64,000 bases of DNA from Octopus sinensis (GCF_006345805.1 NC_043015.1:24428001-24492000); one strand, 5' to 3'; numbered from the stretch's first letter, positions 36,241 to 47,718 are shown. Made by a program: numbers and translations. The notes: generated from the letters alone by a model not told the origin.

Positions 36241-36664
36241 ATAAGGCCAAGGTCTGGCAGAATCTTTAAAGCACTGGAAAAAAACATTACGATTTTTATC
36301 CACTGTTTCCTCAACACCACCAATTTCTACTCTTGTGATTATAGAAGAAATCATTCCAAAGAACACTGAGTCCTCACCGAGGACTGTGTTTTTGAATTTA
36401 GTTGTTAGCCAGAGCTAGCAAATTAATCATATTTTGTCACTGATTTTCTTCCAATTCAGAGTTGGGATACAGAAAACTTACGCACAGAACGTGTATTCTA
36501 TCTTTTTATCTCACAAATAATGCAGAAGTTCTTGTCTGAGACTGATTCAAGTTTCTCAACAAATCTACATACATTTATTCAACAGACACACACATACACA
36601 CACGCGCGCACGTACACACGTATGTATGTATGTATGTATGTATGTATGTGTGTATGTATGTATG

Positions 36665-36697
<33 letters not shown>

Positions 36698-37248
36698 GTG
36701 TGTATGTATGTATGTAAAGGCAAAGAGAAAGAGAGAGAGAGAGATTGATAAATACATATATACTTACATAAATATATACATACATGCGGATATTTTTTCC
36801 CTAAAAAATACTTCCAGACCCATCGTATTAACGACTTCATGAGGAATGCAGATAACTACTAAAAAATATGGCATATGAATCTATAAATACTTTTATTTCC
36901 TCAATCTATGTTTGACATTTTCGCGGGAATGGCATAGTAGTAATTTCATTTACTTTTATTTACTTTAATGTGTATGGTGGAAACTTTTCCTGATTAATGC
37001 TACGGTTTGCGCTGAATGCTACTGCAATATTTTCGAAGTAAATTGTCTCTGCTACAGCATGTATTTATTATTAAATTATTACTTTTGGTACTCACAAATG
37101 TACGACATGAAGTGAATATATTCCAGTAAAATACTAAATCGAGCTTAGGGTTTCAACTCCCAATTCAAAGAAATATTACTTAATAAGACTGAAATATTTA
37201 GTCTGTTGCGAGTGCAGCTCTACCGCATCATGCTTTTAAGCTTGTATA

Positions 37249-37294
<46 letters not shown>

Positions 37295-37306
37295 CACACA
37301 CACACG

Positions 37307-37337
<31 letters not shown>

Positions 37338-38657
37338 ATAAGGTACAATGCATTGGTTAAAAAAATGATTATTAGACGGTAATTCGTCCAGCACCAAAAC
37401 GTCTACTAGTGTACTTTTAATTAAAATTCCACCATGTTTATTTTTTTAATGGTAAAACAAACGATTTCTGATCTAGAAACAAGAAGTCTTCCATTGAAAT
37501 TTAGATAACATTCATGGTGTACGGTAGAGTCTTGTTTCTATGCATAAATATTGCGTGTATGTATGGATGGATGCTTATCGATGTATGTACTGCTCTATGT
37601 ACATGTATACTATGTGTATGTATGTATGTATGTATGTACAGATAGATAGTCCTACGTATGTATGCATGTACATATGCACATATATATAAGTATGCATTGG
37701 ATGGCTTTATGCATGTATGTATAGAAATAGATGACTGGATGAATGAAAGATTTCCGACCACAAACGTGGTTCTGTCTTCCATTCTTATAACACTTTATGT
37801 AGTGCTGTATGTCTAATAAGCAGCCATCTTTGGACATGAGTTGGCTTCCATCATATACCTACGTAAGTATGTGCATTGTCCGTACGTATGTATGTACATA
37901 AACACACGTGTGTATGTGTGAGTGTGTGCGTGTGTGTATTTGCATACCTGCCTATACCTATCTCACAAAAAGTAAAGAAAGAAAGAAACATAGTGAACAT
38001 AGGAAATAAACTGTGAACGGTGACGATGAATAAATATTATCTGCTGAATTTCAGTCCACTCGTAACTTCTTAAAGCTACTCACATAAAGAAATGAAGCAA
38101 ATTCTCTGGCGGATTTGCCCTGCTACTTAGAAACGGTTGCCTTCTAAATTGAGAAGATACAAATCAATGCTGGAGTGTAATGGCTATTGATTCTAGTGTC
38201 TATTGTCTTTTCGGATGCTGTCAGACAAGCTATTTCCTTGTGTCTGATAGTTCAGGGTAATAATAGTTAAGATTTTCGTTTAAACAAGCCAAAACAAAAG
38301 GAAGAAAGAAAGAAAATATAATATACTTAAGAACAATGTTAAGACAACAACAATTACAACAATGAAGTCGATGACGAAAGCAAGAAGAGATAAACTTTAT
38401 ACTTTTTACGAAAAAACAAAATCAAATTTATGCGAAAAATATATTCACAAATGTCTAAAATTTAGTGTTGCATACATCATCTCATATTTATAGTGGAAAT
38501 TTATTTATACAATGCATACGTGCGCGCGCACATACATGAGCACACAAAAACACAAACACACACACACACACTTACATAGACGCATATGTATATGTATAAG
38601 TGTACATATAATAATATGATATATAAACGTATATATATATATGTGTGTGTGTGTGTG

Positions 38658-38696
<39 letters not shown>

Positions 38697-39212
38697 TACA
38701 CACACATACATAGGCACAAATGTATGCATACACATACACAAACATGCATATGTGCACATGTATCCATACACATAATGATACATGCACAGATGTATTTAAC
38801 GCAAGAGACAAAAATATTTATACGTGTATTGAACTTGTATGTTTGTATGTGCATGTGTGTATGTGTGTATGCGTGTGCGTGTACCTAAAATTAAAATGTA
38901 TTAATATAGGCAATTCATTTTCTATATTTTATTAATTTTTATTTATTTTTATTGTCTAAAGATCGATACTTATATAAATCACTTGATAATTACAAAATGA
39001 AGATATTTAACACAATATAATTTAAATGAAATCAGTTATTTCGAATAATTTAAAATATTGTCTTGATTATACTTTTTTGTTGTTTACTCCCTGCCCTATC
39101 CTAGCTTTCTGATACATTATGTCTATAAGGAGTCTCTATTGTATACTGACGCTTTCCTTCTTAAAAGCAAAAAAAGATTTTTCCGTTATTATTATTATTA
39201 TTAATAATAATA

Positions 39213-39261
<49 letters not shown>

Positions 39262-39360
39262 CTTAGATAAACTTAGATATGTTTCGACCAGAGATTGGTC
39301 CAGGCCATGTCTAACTTAATAGCACCACCTGATAGGATTATTCGAATCCTGTTTAAGTCA

Positions 39361-39490
39361 AGTTTTGTTCAAGTAGTGAGTTCTTGTTGGGTGAGTTGTA
39401 TCCAGTTTTGTTCAAGTAGTGAGTTCTTGTTGGGTGAGTTGTATCCAGTTTTGTTCAAGTAGTGAGTTCTTGTTGGGTGAGTTGTATCCA
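39361..39490. repeat. Three perfect tandem copies of a 43-bp unit at the end of ORF2
   Basis: TTGTTCAAGTAGTGAGTTCTTGTTGGGTGAGTTGTATCCA(GTT) starts at 39365, 39408 and 39451. Confidence 0.97.
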
Positions 39491-41538
39491 ATTATGGGTG
39501 GCTTATCTGGTATTCTTTGAAGGAATCTATCCAGACTCTGTTTGAAGTTGATGGGATCCTTTTCCTCTTTGATCTCCCTCGGGACAATGTTAAATAGGGC
39601 AGGGCCTGTTGAGGAAAAGAAATTATGTTGCAGTGTACGTGTATGTTGTGATCTTGAATTTGGCAGGGGACGCATAGCCCGTGATCCAAGTCTTGGATGA
39701 ACCTTGAAGCTAATGTTTAGGTCGTTTGGGCAAAGTTGGCGGTATATTTTCCAAATCGTACAAATGATGTACCGCTCACGGCGACGCTGGAGGGAGTAAA
39801 GTTTCAAGGCTTTAAGGCGATCCCAATAATCGAGAGCAGCCATGCCTTCAATTTGTTTAGTGAGAGCCCTCTGGAGTGACTCAATTCTGGAGATGTTTTG
39901 TCTTGTGTGAGGAGACCACAGTGGGCAGCAGTATTCAAGGTGTGGCCGTACAAAGGAGGAAAAAAGTGGTATGATGACACCTTGTTCTCTGGACCGGAAA
40001 GTTCTTAAGATCCAGGAACTCATCCTACGAGCTATATCGACCTTCTTGTTGATGTGTGCACTCCAACTGAGATCGTCATCAACAATTACACCCAGGTCTC
40101 TGATATTGTTAGAGGCTGTGAGCGGTTCCCCTGAAGGAAGAGAGTATGGTTGTTTTAGTGAGGAATTTCTTCCAAAATGCATCAGCTCAAATTTTCCCTC
40201 ATTCAGTTGCATTTTGTTTCTGTCTGCCCATTGACTCACAGCATATAGATCAGACTGGAGTTGAGTTCGGTCTGCTTCTTCATTGACGATTTGCTGGAGC
40301 TTAGTGTCATCAGCGAATATTTTCACTTTGCAGTGATGTACGACACTGGAAAGGTCGTTTACGTAAATTATGAAGAGTAGCGGACCCAAAACAGTTCCCT
40401 GGGGAACACCGCTGGTGACTTTTGCTGGGTTTGAGTGGACTCCATCAACTACAACATGTTGTGTCCTATTCGCCAGGAAATACTGAATCCAGCGTAGAAC
40501 TTTTCCACGGATTCCAACATTTGCCAATTTTGAGAGTAGGATGTTATGGTCTACCCTGTCGAACGCTTTACTGAAGTCAAGATATATGACGTCAGAGTTC
40601 GATCCTGTTCCCAAGGCTTTGAGTACATCTTCAATATGGTGTAAGAGTTGTGTTAGACAGTCCCTGCCACAGCGAAAGCCATGCTGATTTGAATTTAGGA
40701 GTTTGTGGGTCTCCAGGAAGTCAGCTATCCTTGATCTTAACACTCTTTCAAACACTTTAATGATGTGGGAGGTGAGTGAGATTGGGCGATAGTTGACTGC
40801 GAGGGATCTGTTTCCCTGTTTGAAAACCGGGATGACCGACTGGGATAGAAACTGTTTCGGTATATAACCTGCGTCTAACGAGTTTCTCCAGAGGTTGGTC
40901 AGAGGGACTGCAAGTTGATATCTACATTCCTTCAGGAGACTAGCGGGAAATCTATCAGGGCCTACAGCAGAGTAATGTTTGACCTCATTTATTGCTGCTA
41001 CGATGTCAGAGGCAGTGAAGGTTATGTCTGCGATTTTGTGTTGGGAGTCAACTTCGTTCGTTTCCCTCACATCAATATCAGTGGGAACACTGAAGACAGA
41101 GCAGTATTGTTTCTGCAGTATTTCTGCCATTTCTTTAGCATCGTGTTGGGGAATGCCGTTATCATCAATCAATGGCCCAATGGGTGAGACAGTGGTTCTA
41201 TGCTTATTTGCATAAGAATAGAACACTTTTGGGTTCTGTTTGATGTTTTTGATTACCCATTGTTCCTCCATAGCTCTTTGATTTTCAATGGAGGTTTTCA
41301 TGTTAGTCTGCAGATGAAGTTTTTCCAGCTCTAGTCTTTTCATTGTTGTTGAATGTGGATGTTGTGTGTGGGAATATTTTAATTGGTTGATTTTTTTGTT
41401 GAGTCTTTTGATGCGCCTGGTGAGTGTTTTTTTTCTTTTTAGGGAGCCGGTTTCTGTTTGTGTTAGTAGATTTCTTGGGAGCGTGTTTAGAGCATATATA
41501 GGTGACAATGGTTTCAAAGTGCTGCCACGCGGTCTCAA
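39412..41538 (-). CDS. LINE ORF2, reverse transcriptase part (true frame from about 41430)
   Basis: 708-aa ORF with NYRPISLTSHIIKVFER, QHGFR, YLDFSKAFDRVDH, SGVPQGTVLGPLLFIIYVND, FADD and RDLGVIVD. Confidence 0.95.
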   Translation of the reverse strand: MRPRGSTLKPLSPIYALNTLPRNLLTQTETGSLKRKKTLTRRIKRLNKKINQLKYSHTQHPHSTTMKRLELEKLHLQTNMKTSIENQRAMEEQWVIKNIKQNPKVFYSYANKHRTTVSPIGPLIDDNGIPQHDAKEMAEILQKQYCSVFSVPTDIDVRETNEVDSQHKIADITFTASDIVAAINEVKHYSAVGPDRFPASLLKECRYQLAVPLTNLWRNSLDAGYIPKQFLSQSVIPVFKQGNRSLAVNYRPISLTSHIIKVFERVLRSRIADFLETHKLLNSNQHGFRCGRDCLTQLLHHIEDVLKALGTGSNSDVIYLDFSKAFDRVDHNILLSKLANVGIRGKVLRWIQYFLANRTQHVVVDGVHSNPAKVTSGVPQGTVLGPLLFIIYVNDLSSVVHHCKVKIFADDTKLQQIVNEEADRTQLQSDLYAVSQWADRNKMQLNEGKFELMHFGRNSSLKQPYSLPSGEPLTASNNIRDLGVIVDDDLSWSAHINKKVDIARRMSSWILRTFRSREQGVIIPLFSSFVRPHLEYCCPLWSPHTRQNISRIESLQRALTKQIEGMAALDYWDRLKALKLYSLQRRRERYIICTIWKIYRQLCPNDLNISFKVHPRLGSRAMRPLPNSRSQHTRTLQHNFFSSTGPALFNIVPREIKEEKDPINFKQSLDRFLQRIPDKPPIIGYNSPNKNSLLEQNWIQLTQQELTT

Positions 41539-42421
41539 TATGAGGGGAATTGAGAGTAAAAGACCAGTCGATGGAAGACAGATCCTTTCTGATTGTTCCC
41601 CAGTCCGCTTTGTGGAAGGTTATGTTGTCAAATGGGTGCCATGGAGTTGGATTGGCTGGTTTGGTTTTTATATGTCGGGAATTAAGATTGCAGAGTACCA
41701 TGTCGTGGTCTGAGAGGAGAGTTTTTTCGACTGAAATGCTGTGAACGTAGCTAGAGTGATTGGTCAATACCAGATCCAAGATCGTTTTATTCTGTCTCGT
41801 TGGTTCAAGCACTAGCTGAGTCAGGAAATACTCATCCATCAGATTAAAGAGCAGTTCTGCTGCTGCCCTATCTGATGTAGAGCACTTGCCTAACTTCGGA
41901 GTATTTGTGGGCCAGTTCACATGAGGGAGGTTAAAATCACCCATCACTAGTATGTTTCCGGAGTGGTACTTCCGACGGAAGGACTTGACTTTGCTAAGGC
42001 ACTCTTCAAAGTACTTTAGAGGTGCCTGGGGAGGCCTGTAAAGACCAACAATGGTTATGTCCTTGGCTTTGTTGTATAGTGATACCGATTCACAGTAGTC
42101 ATTGGAAAATGTGTCCTTCGCATCAAGTGAAAAGGAGTCATGGATAAAGATAGCTGTCCCTCCCTTATTTCGGTCTGTGCGATCCGCACGAACAATGGTG
42201 AAATCTTTTATTTTCACCTCTGCGTCCATATGGGTGTTGTTCAGGTGAGTCTCGGTAAGGATAAAGAAAGGGAAGCAATGTGCCATTTCGGCAAGCCAAC
42301 TCTCTATATATGGGATTTTCCATTTTTGGGCAATAATTGATGGGTTGATGCCACGTACATTTAACAGGAATGTCGAGGTAAGGGAAGTTGGTAATGGGTG
42401 AGTGGTCCTTGTGATTTGCAT
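41303..42421 (-). CDS. LINE ORF2, APE endonuclease part (true frame to about 41430)
   Basis: 372-aa ORF with LLNVRG, LTETHL, GGTAIFI, LYRPP, MGDFNLP, PTRQNKTILDLVLTN and SDH. Confidence 0.95.
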   Translation of the reverse strand: MQITRTTHPLPTSLTSTFLLNVRGINPSIIAQKWKIPYIESWLAEMAHCFPFFILTETHLNNTHMDAEVKIKDFTIVRADRTDRNKGGTAIFIHDSFSLDAKDTFSNDYCESVSLYNKAKDITIVGLYRPPQAPLKYFEECLSKVKSFRRKYHSGNILVMGDFNLPHVNWPTNTPKLGKCSTSDRAAAELLFNLMDEYFLTQLVLEPTRQNKTILDLVLTNHSSYVHSISVEKTLLSDHDMVLCNLNSRHIKTKPANPTPWHPFDNITFHKADWGTIRKDLSSIDWSFTLNSPHIETAWQHFETIVTYICSKHAPKKSTNTNRNRLPKKKKNTHQAHQKTQQKNQPIKIFPHTTSTFNNNEKTRAGKTSSAD

Positions 42422-42496
42422 AGATGGTTGGTGATGGCTCGCTGGATCTCCTGGCTTAGGTCGGCCTTCATATTTTCCAGGTATGTCAGTAAAAAA
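42361..42496 (-). CDS. C-terminal remnant of LINE ORF1, overlapping the ORF2 start
   Basis: FLLTYLENMKADLSQEIQRAITNHLCK is a helical segment directly upstream of ORF2. The assignment rests on position. Confidence 0.45.
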
Positions 42497-42570
42497 TATA
42501 TAAAGGATTGAGGTAACTCCTCCAGAAGATATAGAGTCAAAATTAAAAGAAGAGTGCCATTGTCATCTAG

Positions 42571-42609
42571 TGAACGATATTTCGACATCTCGTGTCTTCA
42601 ACAGGTTCA
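42571..42609 (-). ncRNA. Minimal type I hammerhead motif with variant core CUGUUGA
   Basis: UGAAC-CUGUUGA-A-GACA(cgaga)UGUC-GAAA-UA-UC^GUUCA: 5-bp stem I, perfect 4-bp stem II, palindromic AUAU junction. Confidence 0.6.
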
Positions 42610-42765
42610 AAAAATAATTTTGTCAATCTACTTCATTTTGGTTAAATATCGTTCACTAGATGACAATAGTAATCTTCTTTTAATTTGGACTCTATATCTT
42701 ATTGAGGCGTTACCTCAATCTTTTATATATTAACCAAAATGAAGTAGATTGACAAAATTATCATT

Positions 42766-42804
42766 TGAACCTGTTGAAGATACGAGATGTCGAAATATCG
42801 TTCA
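42766..42804 (+). ncRNA. Minimal type I hammerhead motif with variant core CUGUUGA
   Basis: UGAAC-CUGUUGA-A-GAUA(cgaga)UGUC-GAAA-UA-UC^GUUCA. The C-to-U change in stem II keeps pairing as U-G. Confidence 0.6.
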
Positions 42805-42859
42805 CTGGATGACAATGGCACTCTTCTTTTTTTTTTTTTTTGACTTATTATTATTATTT

Positions 42860-42980
42860 TGGTTTGGCTCAGGTTCGGTCTTATTCCTGGAAGGATTTAT
42901 GTGGGTAGCGGGTTATTATCTATAACCTTAGGTATCCATAATTTTTCAGCAGTCTTTCATGTGCTTAGAACCCTCATTAT
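42860..42980 (-). mobile_element. Extreme 3' end of a probable RLE-type LINE between (TAA)n tracts
   Basis: Minus strand reads ..RVLST* then a short UTR ending in (AAT)n, similar in layout to 43210-43750. Confidence 0.4.
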
Positions 42981-43010
42981 TATTATTATTATTATTATTA
43001 TCATTATTAT

Positions 43011-43207
43011 TGCGAACTGGCATAATTATTAGCATGCCTGACAAAACACCTAACGGCATTTCGCCCGTTTTCACGCTTTGAATTCACATTTCACTGGGGT
43101 TGACTTCGCCTTTCATCGTTTCGGGGTCGATAAAATAAGGACCAGTTGAGCTGAAATCGACTTACTCCCTGCCTCGAAATTGCTGACATTGACCCAAAAT
43201 TTGAAAT
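43011..43207 (+). mobile_element. SINE family 2
   Basis: GCGAACTGGCATAATTATTAGCATGCC...GCCTTTCATCGTTTCGGGGTCGATAAAATAAGGACCAG...CCCAAAATTTGAAATC. Confidence 0.8.
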
Positions 43208-43209
43208 CA

Positions 43210-43750
43210 TTATTATTTTTTTTTTCTCTTCTTACAAATTTGCTTCCATTTCTTGCCGAGTGTCTTCCCGACTCATAGGGCAAAGAAACTCATAGTATAC
43301 ATCGGTAGGCCATTAAACTAAACTCACTAGTTCGTTAATTTTTTTTTTTTAAGTTAAATTAAAATACATGGGTAATAATAGTTCTCACATCGACAATGCT
43401 CTTCTCAATACGTGTGATGTACCAGTTAAGACAATCTTTTGCACTTCTTGCAGGGATGGTAAGCCAGGGATCATTCTCATATAATTTCGGTTCCCTTCTT
43501 GATCATTCCTAGTGCTCCTACGATCACTGGTATTGTAACCGCCTTGAGATGCCACATTTTCTCAATTTCAATGAGCAGGTCTTTATATTTTCTGAGCTTG
43601 TCAAACTCTTTCGCCGAGATATTATGATCACAGGGGATGCTCATGTCGATCAATAAGCAAACTTTATTGTTTTGGTCTTTCACAACAATATCTGGTTTAT
43701 TGGCTTTGATGGTTCGGTATGTATGTACTGGAAAGTCCCACAGAATCGTT
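43210..43750 (-). pseudogene. 3' fragment of an R4/Dong-like LINE (restriction-like endonuclease and 3' UTR)
   Basis: WDFPVHTYRTIKANKPDIVVKDQNNKVCLLIDMSIPCDHNISAKEFDKLRKYKDL..EIEKMW...IPVIVGALG...LQEVQKIVLTGTSHVLRRALSM* (stop 43385-43387), flanked by (TAA)n. Confidence 0.88.
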
Positions 43751-44944
43751 ACATTTTATTATTATTATTATTATTATTAAGTAATGTCGGTGCTACTACT
43801 ACCTCGTTTCCAAGGTTCCAAGTCACTGAAATTAATCTAACATGTCAAGAATATGCTTTACCAAGATGAAAAGTGAAAGTGCCCTCTCCACTATAAAACG
43901 AAAGTCGTTTTTAACTAAAGAAAGTTAAAAGAGTCTTCAATGGCTATACTTTTAATGTTCGCCATGTCATGCGATGACGTACACAAGATAAAGTTTTTCA
44001 TAAAGTAATGTATTCAAAAAGGCAATTTCTTGCGATAAGCTCCCTTGAGATACACTTCTATAGATATCCTTCTATATGAGTAAGGTAAAGCTTTCCTAAA
44101 TCTTTACATACACATCACGACGAGAGCAAATACATATGCGAAGAAGACAGAAAATAGGCATTTTCTGTATTAGCTGTTAATCCTTCTCTCTTCTATTAAT
44201 ATTTGTAGCTCTCGATTAACTAAAATATATGCTTTGTCCACTGATTCTTTTTATAACCATATTTATGCTGAAATATTCTGTCTTTATTTCAGTTCATGTT
44301 TGAAATAATGGCATTGAAAGGAGTGGTCTCTGGTGATTTCAGGAGTTTCATTAAATATTCGGTGGATGCTGTCCCGACATTGTCATACGATACACTGTTA
44401 CACTGATCAATGATAGCAATACCATCATAGAACGCCATAGGACATAGTTTTCATTCTAGTCTTCACTATCTTACTTCGGTCCTTAATTCTTTTCTTTTGT
44501 GCTAAATGACAGTTTTGCCTTTCGACAAATAATTTCGTTTCCGTACGGCGCTGGAAATACATAAACGCCAAAATACTTGCTCAACATAATTATTATACGT
44601 CTATAAAAATAGTAATCAGATACCACGTATCTGGAAGTGATATTCTTAATCACACAGCCACGACTGTGTCTATATTAAGCTATATTTATTTTTCATATAA
44701 ATTATGTACACATGAATTGGCAGAGTTGTGTAATTTGAATCTCATCTAAGTCTTTTTTGTTTCTTTGAGGAAAATGCAAATCAAAAACTGTATTCGAGTG
44801 AGTGAACGTATGTACACACACGCACACATGAATATAGACGGGGAATGAAAACAAAGAGACTGAGATAGAATGATTGCGAGGGGGTGGAGTGCGCCGCGTG
44901 TGTGTATATACATATATATGTAAAGAGAGAGAGTGTGTGTGTGG

Positions 44945-45425
<481 letters not shown>

Positions 45426-45797
45426 TTTAGTATTGTAACTGAAATCATCACTAGTTTTTCGAAATTAAATTCTCGAGAATAACCATAGTAGAATAAAGAT
45501 CAGCTGGAGAGAGGGGAGGAGTATAAAGTGAGAGACATATGGAACAGATTGCACAAACGTGTTAAAAGAAAGATTAAGACAGTACCATATTGTTTACTAC
45601 AATTACAAGGAGGTAACAGAAACTAGAGAAGTGGGGGAAATCAAACTTATAGCGTGTGTCATGTGGAAAAGGTGAACTAATAAGTGTTGACGTTTGAAGG
45701 TCATCCATTACAAAAGATGACCAATAGAAACATGGGGTTGGGGAAAGTGGTGGTGGTGATGGTGATGATAGATATTGCAATGCTAGAATTGTGTCGT

Positions 45798-46110
45798 GAA
45801 GGCTCATGGCATCGTGGTTAGAGTATTCGGCTGACGGTCGTGATTTTGATTCCCGCGAAGCGCTGTGTCCTTGAGCAAAACACATATATCACGTTGCTTC
45901 ACTCAGCTGGCAAAAATGAGTTGTACCTGTAATTCACAAGGATCAGCATTGTCACATTCTGCGCCATTCTGAATCCTCTCAGAACTTCGTTAAGGGAACG
46001 CATGTGTGGAGTGCTCAGTTGCTTGCACGTTAATTTTACGAGCAGCTTGTTCCCTTAACCGGATCAACTGGAACCTTCGTCGTCGTCGTCGTCGTAACCG
46101 ACGGAATGCC
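45798..46110 (+). mobile_element. tRNA-derived SINE, family 4
   Basis: Head GGCATCGTGGTTAGAGTATTCGG...TTTGATTCCCG, middle TGTGTCCTTGAGCAAAACAC...CTCAGCTGGCAAAAATGAGT, end CGTCGTAACCGACGGAATGCCA. Confidence 0.8.
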
Positions 46111-46747
46111 AGTTAATTGAAATGTGTGAAAGGACAAAAATGGCAAGGAATCGGGACAAGTGTTTAGATGTATGTCTCATAATATGCGAAGTCAAGCACT
46201 AAAATAATTCTTATTATACAGCAGCAATATGATAACAATATTTGTTACGTATCCACTTTTATCAACCAAAAAATCTTTTTTATGCTGAAACCTAATATCA
46301 ATTATTGGTGTAGAGTTTTATATTCGTAAAACATATTTCCCAATATGTTAATTAATAGTTAACTTATTCATGTTTAACTACGTTGCCTAGAACATCATAT
46401 AACTTCAGCAGCTAACATTAAAATTGTGACAGAGAAAACACCATAGCTGTGAAATTATATATCTGTCTGTCTGTCTGCTCTCGGGAGATACACTACAACA
46501 TCTCATTAATAAAGTGTCCAAGTTATTTTAGAATCTGATTACAATGAGTGCTAATACTGTATGGCGCCAAAAGTTAAGTTTTGTAAACTTTGGATTACAC
46601 GATGCTTCAACTCGAAACTAGCTTATACAGAGAAAAAACAAACAAGTATATCTCATACCCCAAACAGGAATCGTGCCAAGTAAAATAACGACAGGGATAA
46701 TTCTAAGTGAAATCTAAAATGAATACACGTTTTTCATTAAGATGCAG

Positions 46748-47110
46748 GAGTGGCCGTGTGGTTACGAACTTTGATCACCATGGTTACGGTTGCGAGCCTC
46801 TTGTCTGGCACTTTGGGCATGTGTCTTCTGGAGTAACTGAAAAAAGCTTTGTGAGTGGATTTGGTTGTGTATATGTGTGTCTGTATGATATATTCCCATG
46901 TATGTATATGTGTTTGTGTCTCCTTTTCTTGACACATCACGTGACAATTTGTAAATGAGCGTAGCCATATAACATTAGGAGTGTCGTTCTTTACCAAACC
47001 TCCACGGAAACAGGTCCTACAATTAAGAACGATTGCTTGAAAACAGGTGAGGCTTGATCGTTAGAAAGACATTCGGTCGAAGAATATGTACCAGAGCTAT
47101 TACTATCTGA
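46748..47110. mobile_element. Two family-3 SINE fragments (46748-46960 +, 46985-47110 -)
   Basis: Head GGCCGTGTGGTTACGAAC...GGCACTTTGGGCATGTGTCTTCT on +, then a diverged internal piece on -. Confidence 0.6.
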
Positions 47111-47159
47111 TCGATGCAAACATGGAAAAGTGGACGTTAAAAGGATCTGTGCTAAGAGA

Positions 47160-47545
47160 CGCAGGCGTGTGTGGTAAGACGTTTGCACGCCATGTTACAT
47201 GGTTCCGGGTTCAGAGCAACAGCATGGCACCTTGGGCAAGTGTTTTCTACGAGTCACGATCCAAGCAAAGCCTTGTAAGTGGATTTGTTCGAAAGAATCT
47301 AAAAGAAGCCCGTCGTACATGTGTGTGTGTTTGTGTGTGTCTATGTGTGTGTTTGTTCTCCGCCATCCATTGACAACCGTTGTTGGTGAGTTTAAATCCC
47401 CGTCAATAAGCGCCTCAAAAAAAGAGACCGATAGAATAAGTACTAGGCTTTAAAAAACAAGTAAGTACAGGGTTGCTTCATTCGACAAAAGCTCTTCAAG
47501 GAGAGTGTTACAGCATAACCGCAGTCAAATGACTCAAACAAGTAT

Positions 47546-47548
<3 letters not shown>
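47160..47548 (+). mobile_element. SINE family 3, near full length
   Basis: GCAGGCGTGTGTGGTAAGACG...CATGGTTCCGGGTTCAG...GGCACCTTGGGCAAGTG...ACCGATAGAATAAGTACTAGGCTT...CGCAGTCAAATGACTCAAACAAGT. Confidence 0.88.
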
Positions 47549-47576
<28 letters not shown>

Positions 47577-47586
47577 GTATACATAC

Positions 47587-47621
<35 letters not shown>

Positions 47622-47655
47622 CATACATATATATATATATTATATATATATATAT

Positions 47656-47718
<63 letters not shown>

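Larger units (their letters stand above)
39187..42496 (-). mobile_element. CR1-group LINE, 5'-truncated inside ORF1, with near-intact ORF2, short 3' UTR and (TAT)n tail
   Basis: APE endonuclease, RT and CR1-type C-terminus (VRPHLEYCCPLWSPH...YWDRLKALKLYSLQRRRER) are colinear. 3' UTR at about 39265-39360, simple-repeat tail at 39203-39260. Confidence 0.95.
42495..42830. mobile_element. Nested fold-back element carrying two opposite-polarity hammerhead motifs
   Basis: 42526-42581 is inverted to 42644-42700, 42495-42517 to 42709-42731, and 42545-42645 to 42730-42828. Confidence 0.85.

Noticed and set aside
39361-39490. CRISPR-like array (43-bp repeats; also the 11-bp repeats at 25379-25419)
   Set aside because: Units are directly adjacent with no spacers, there are no cas genes, and the context is eukaryotic.
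39492-42340. Plus-strand ORFs overlapping the LINE
   Set aside because: These are antisense shadows of the long ORF2 frames.
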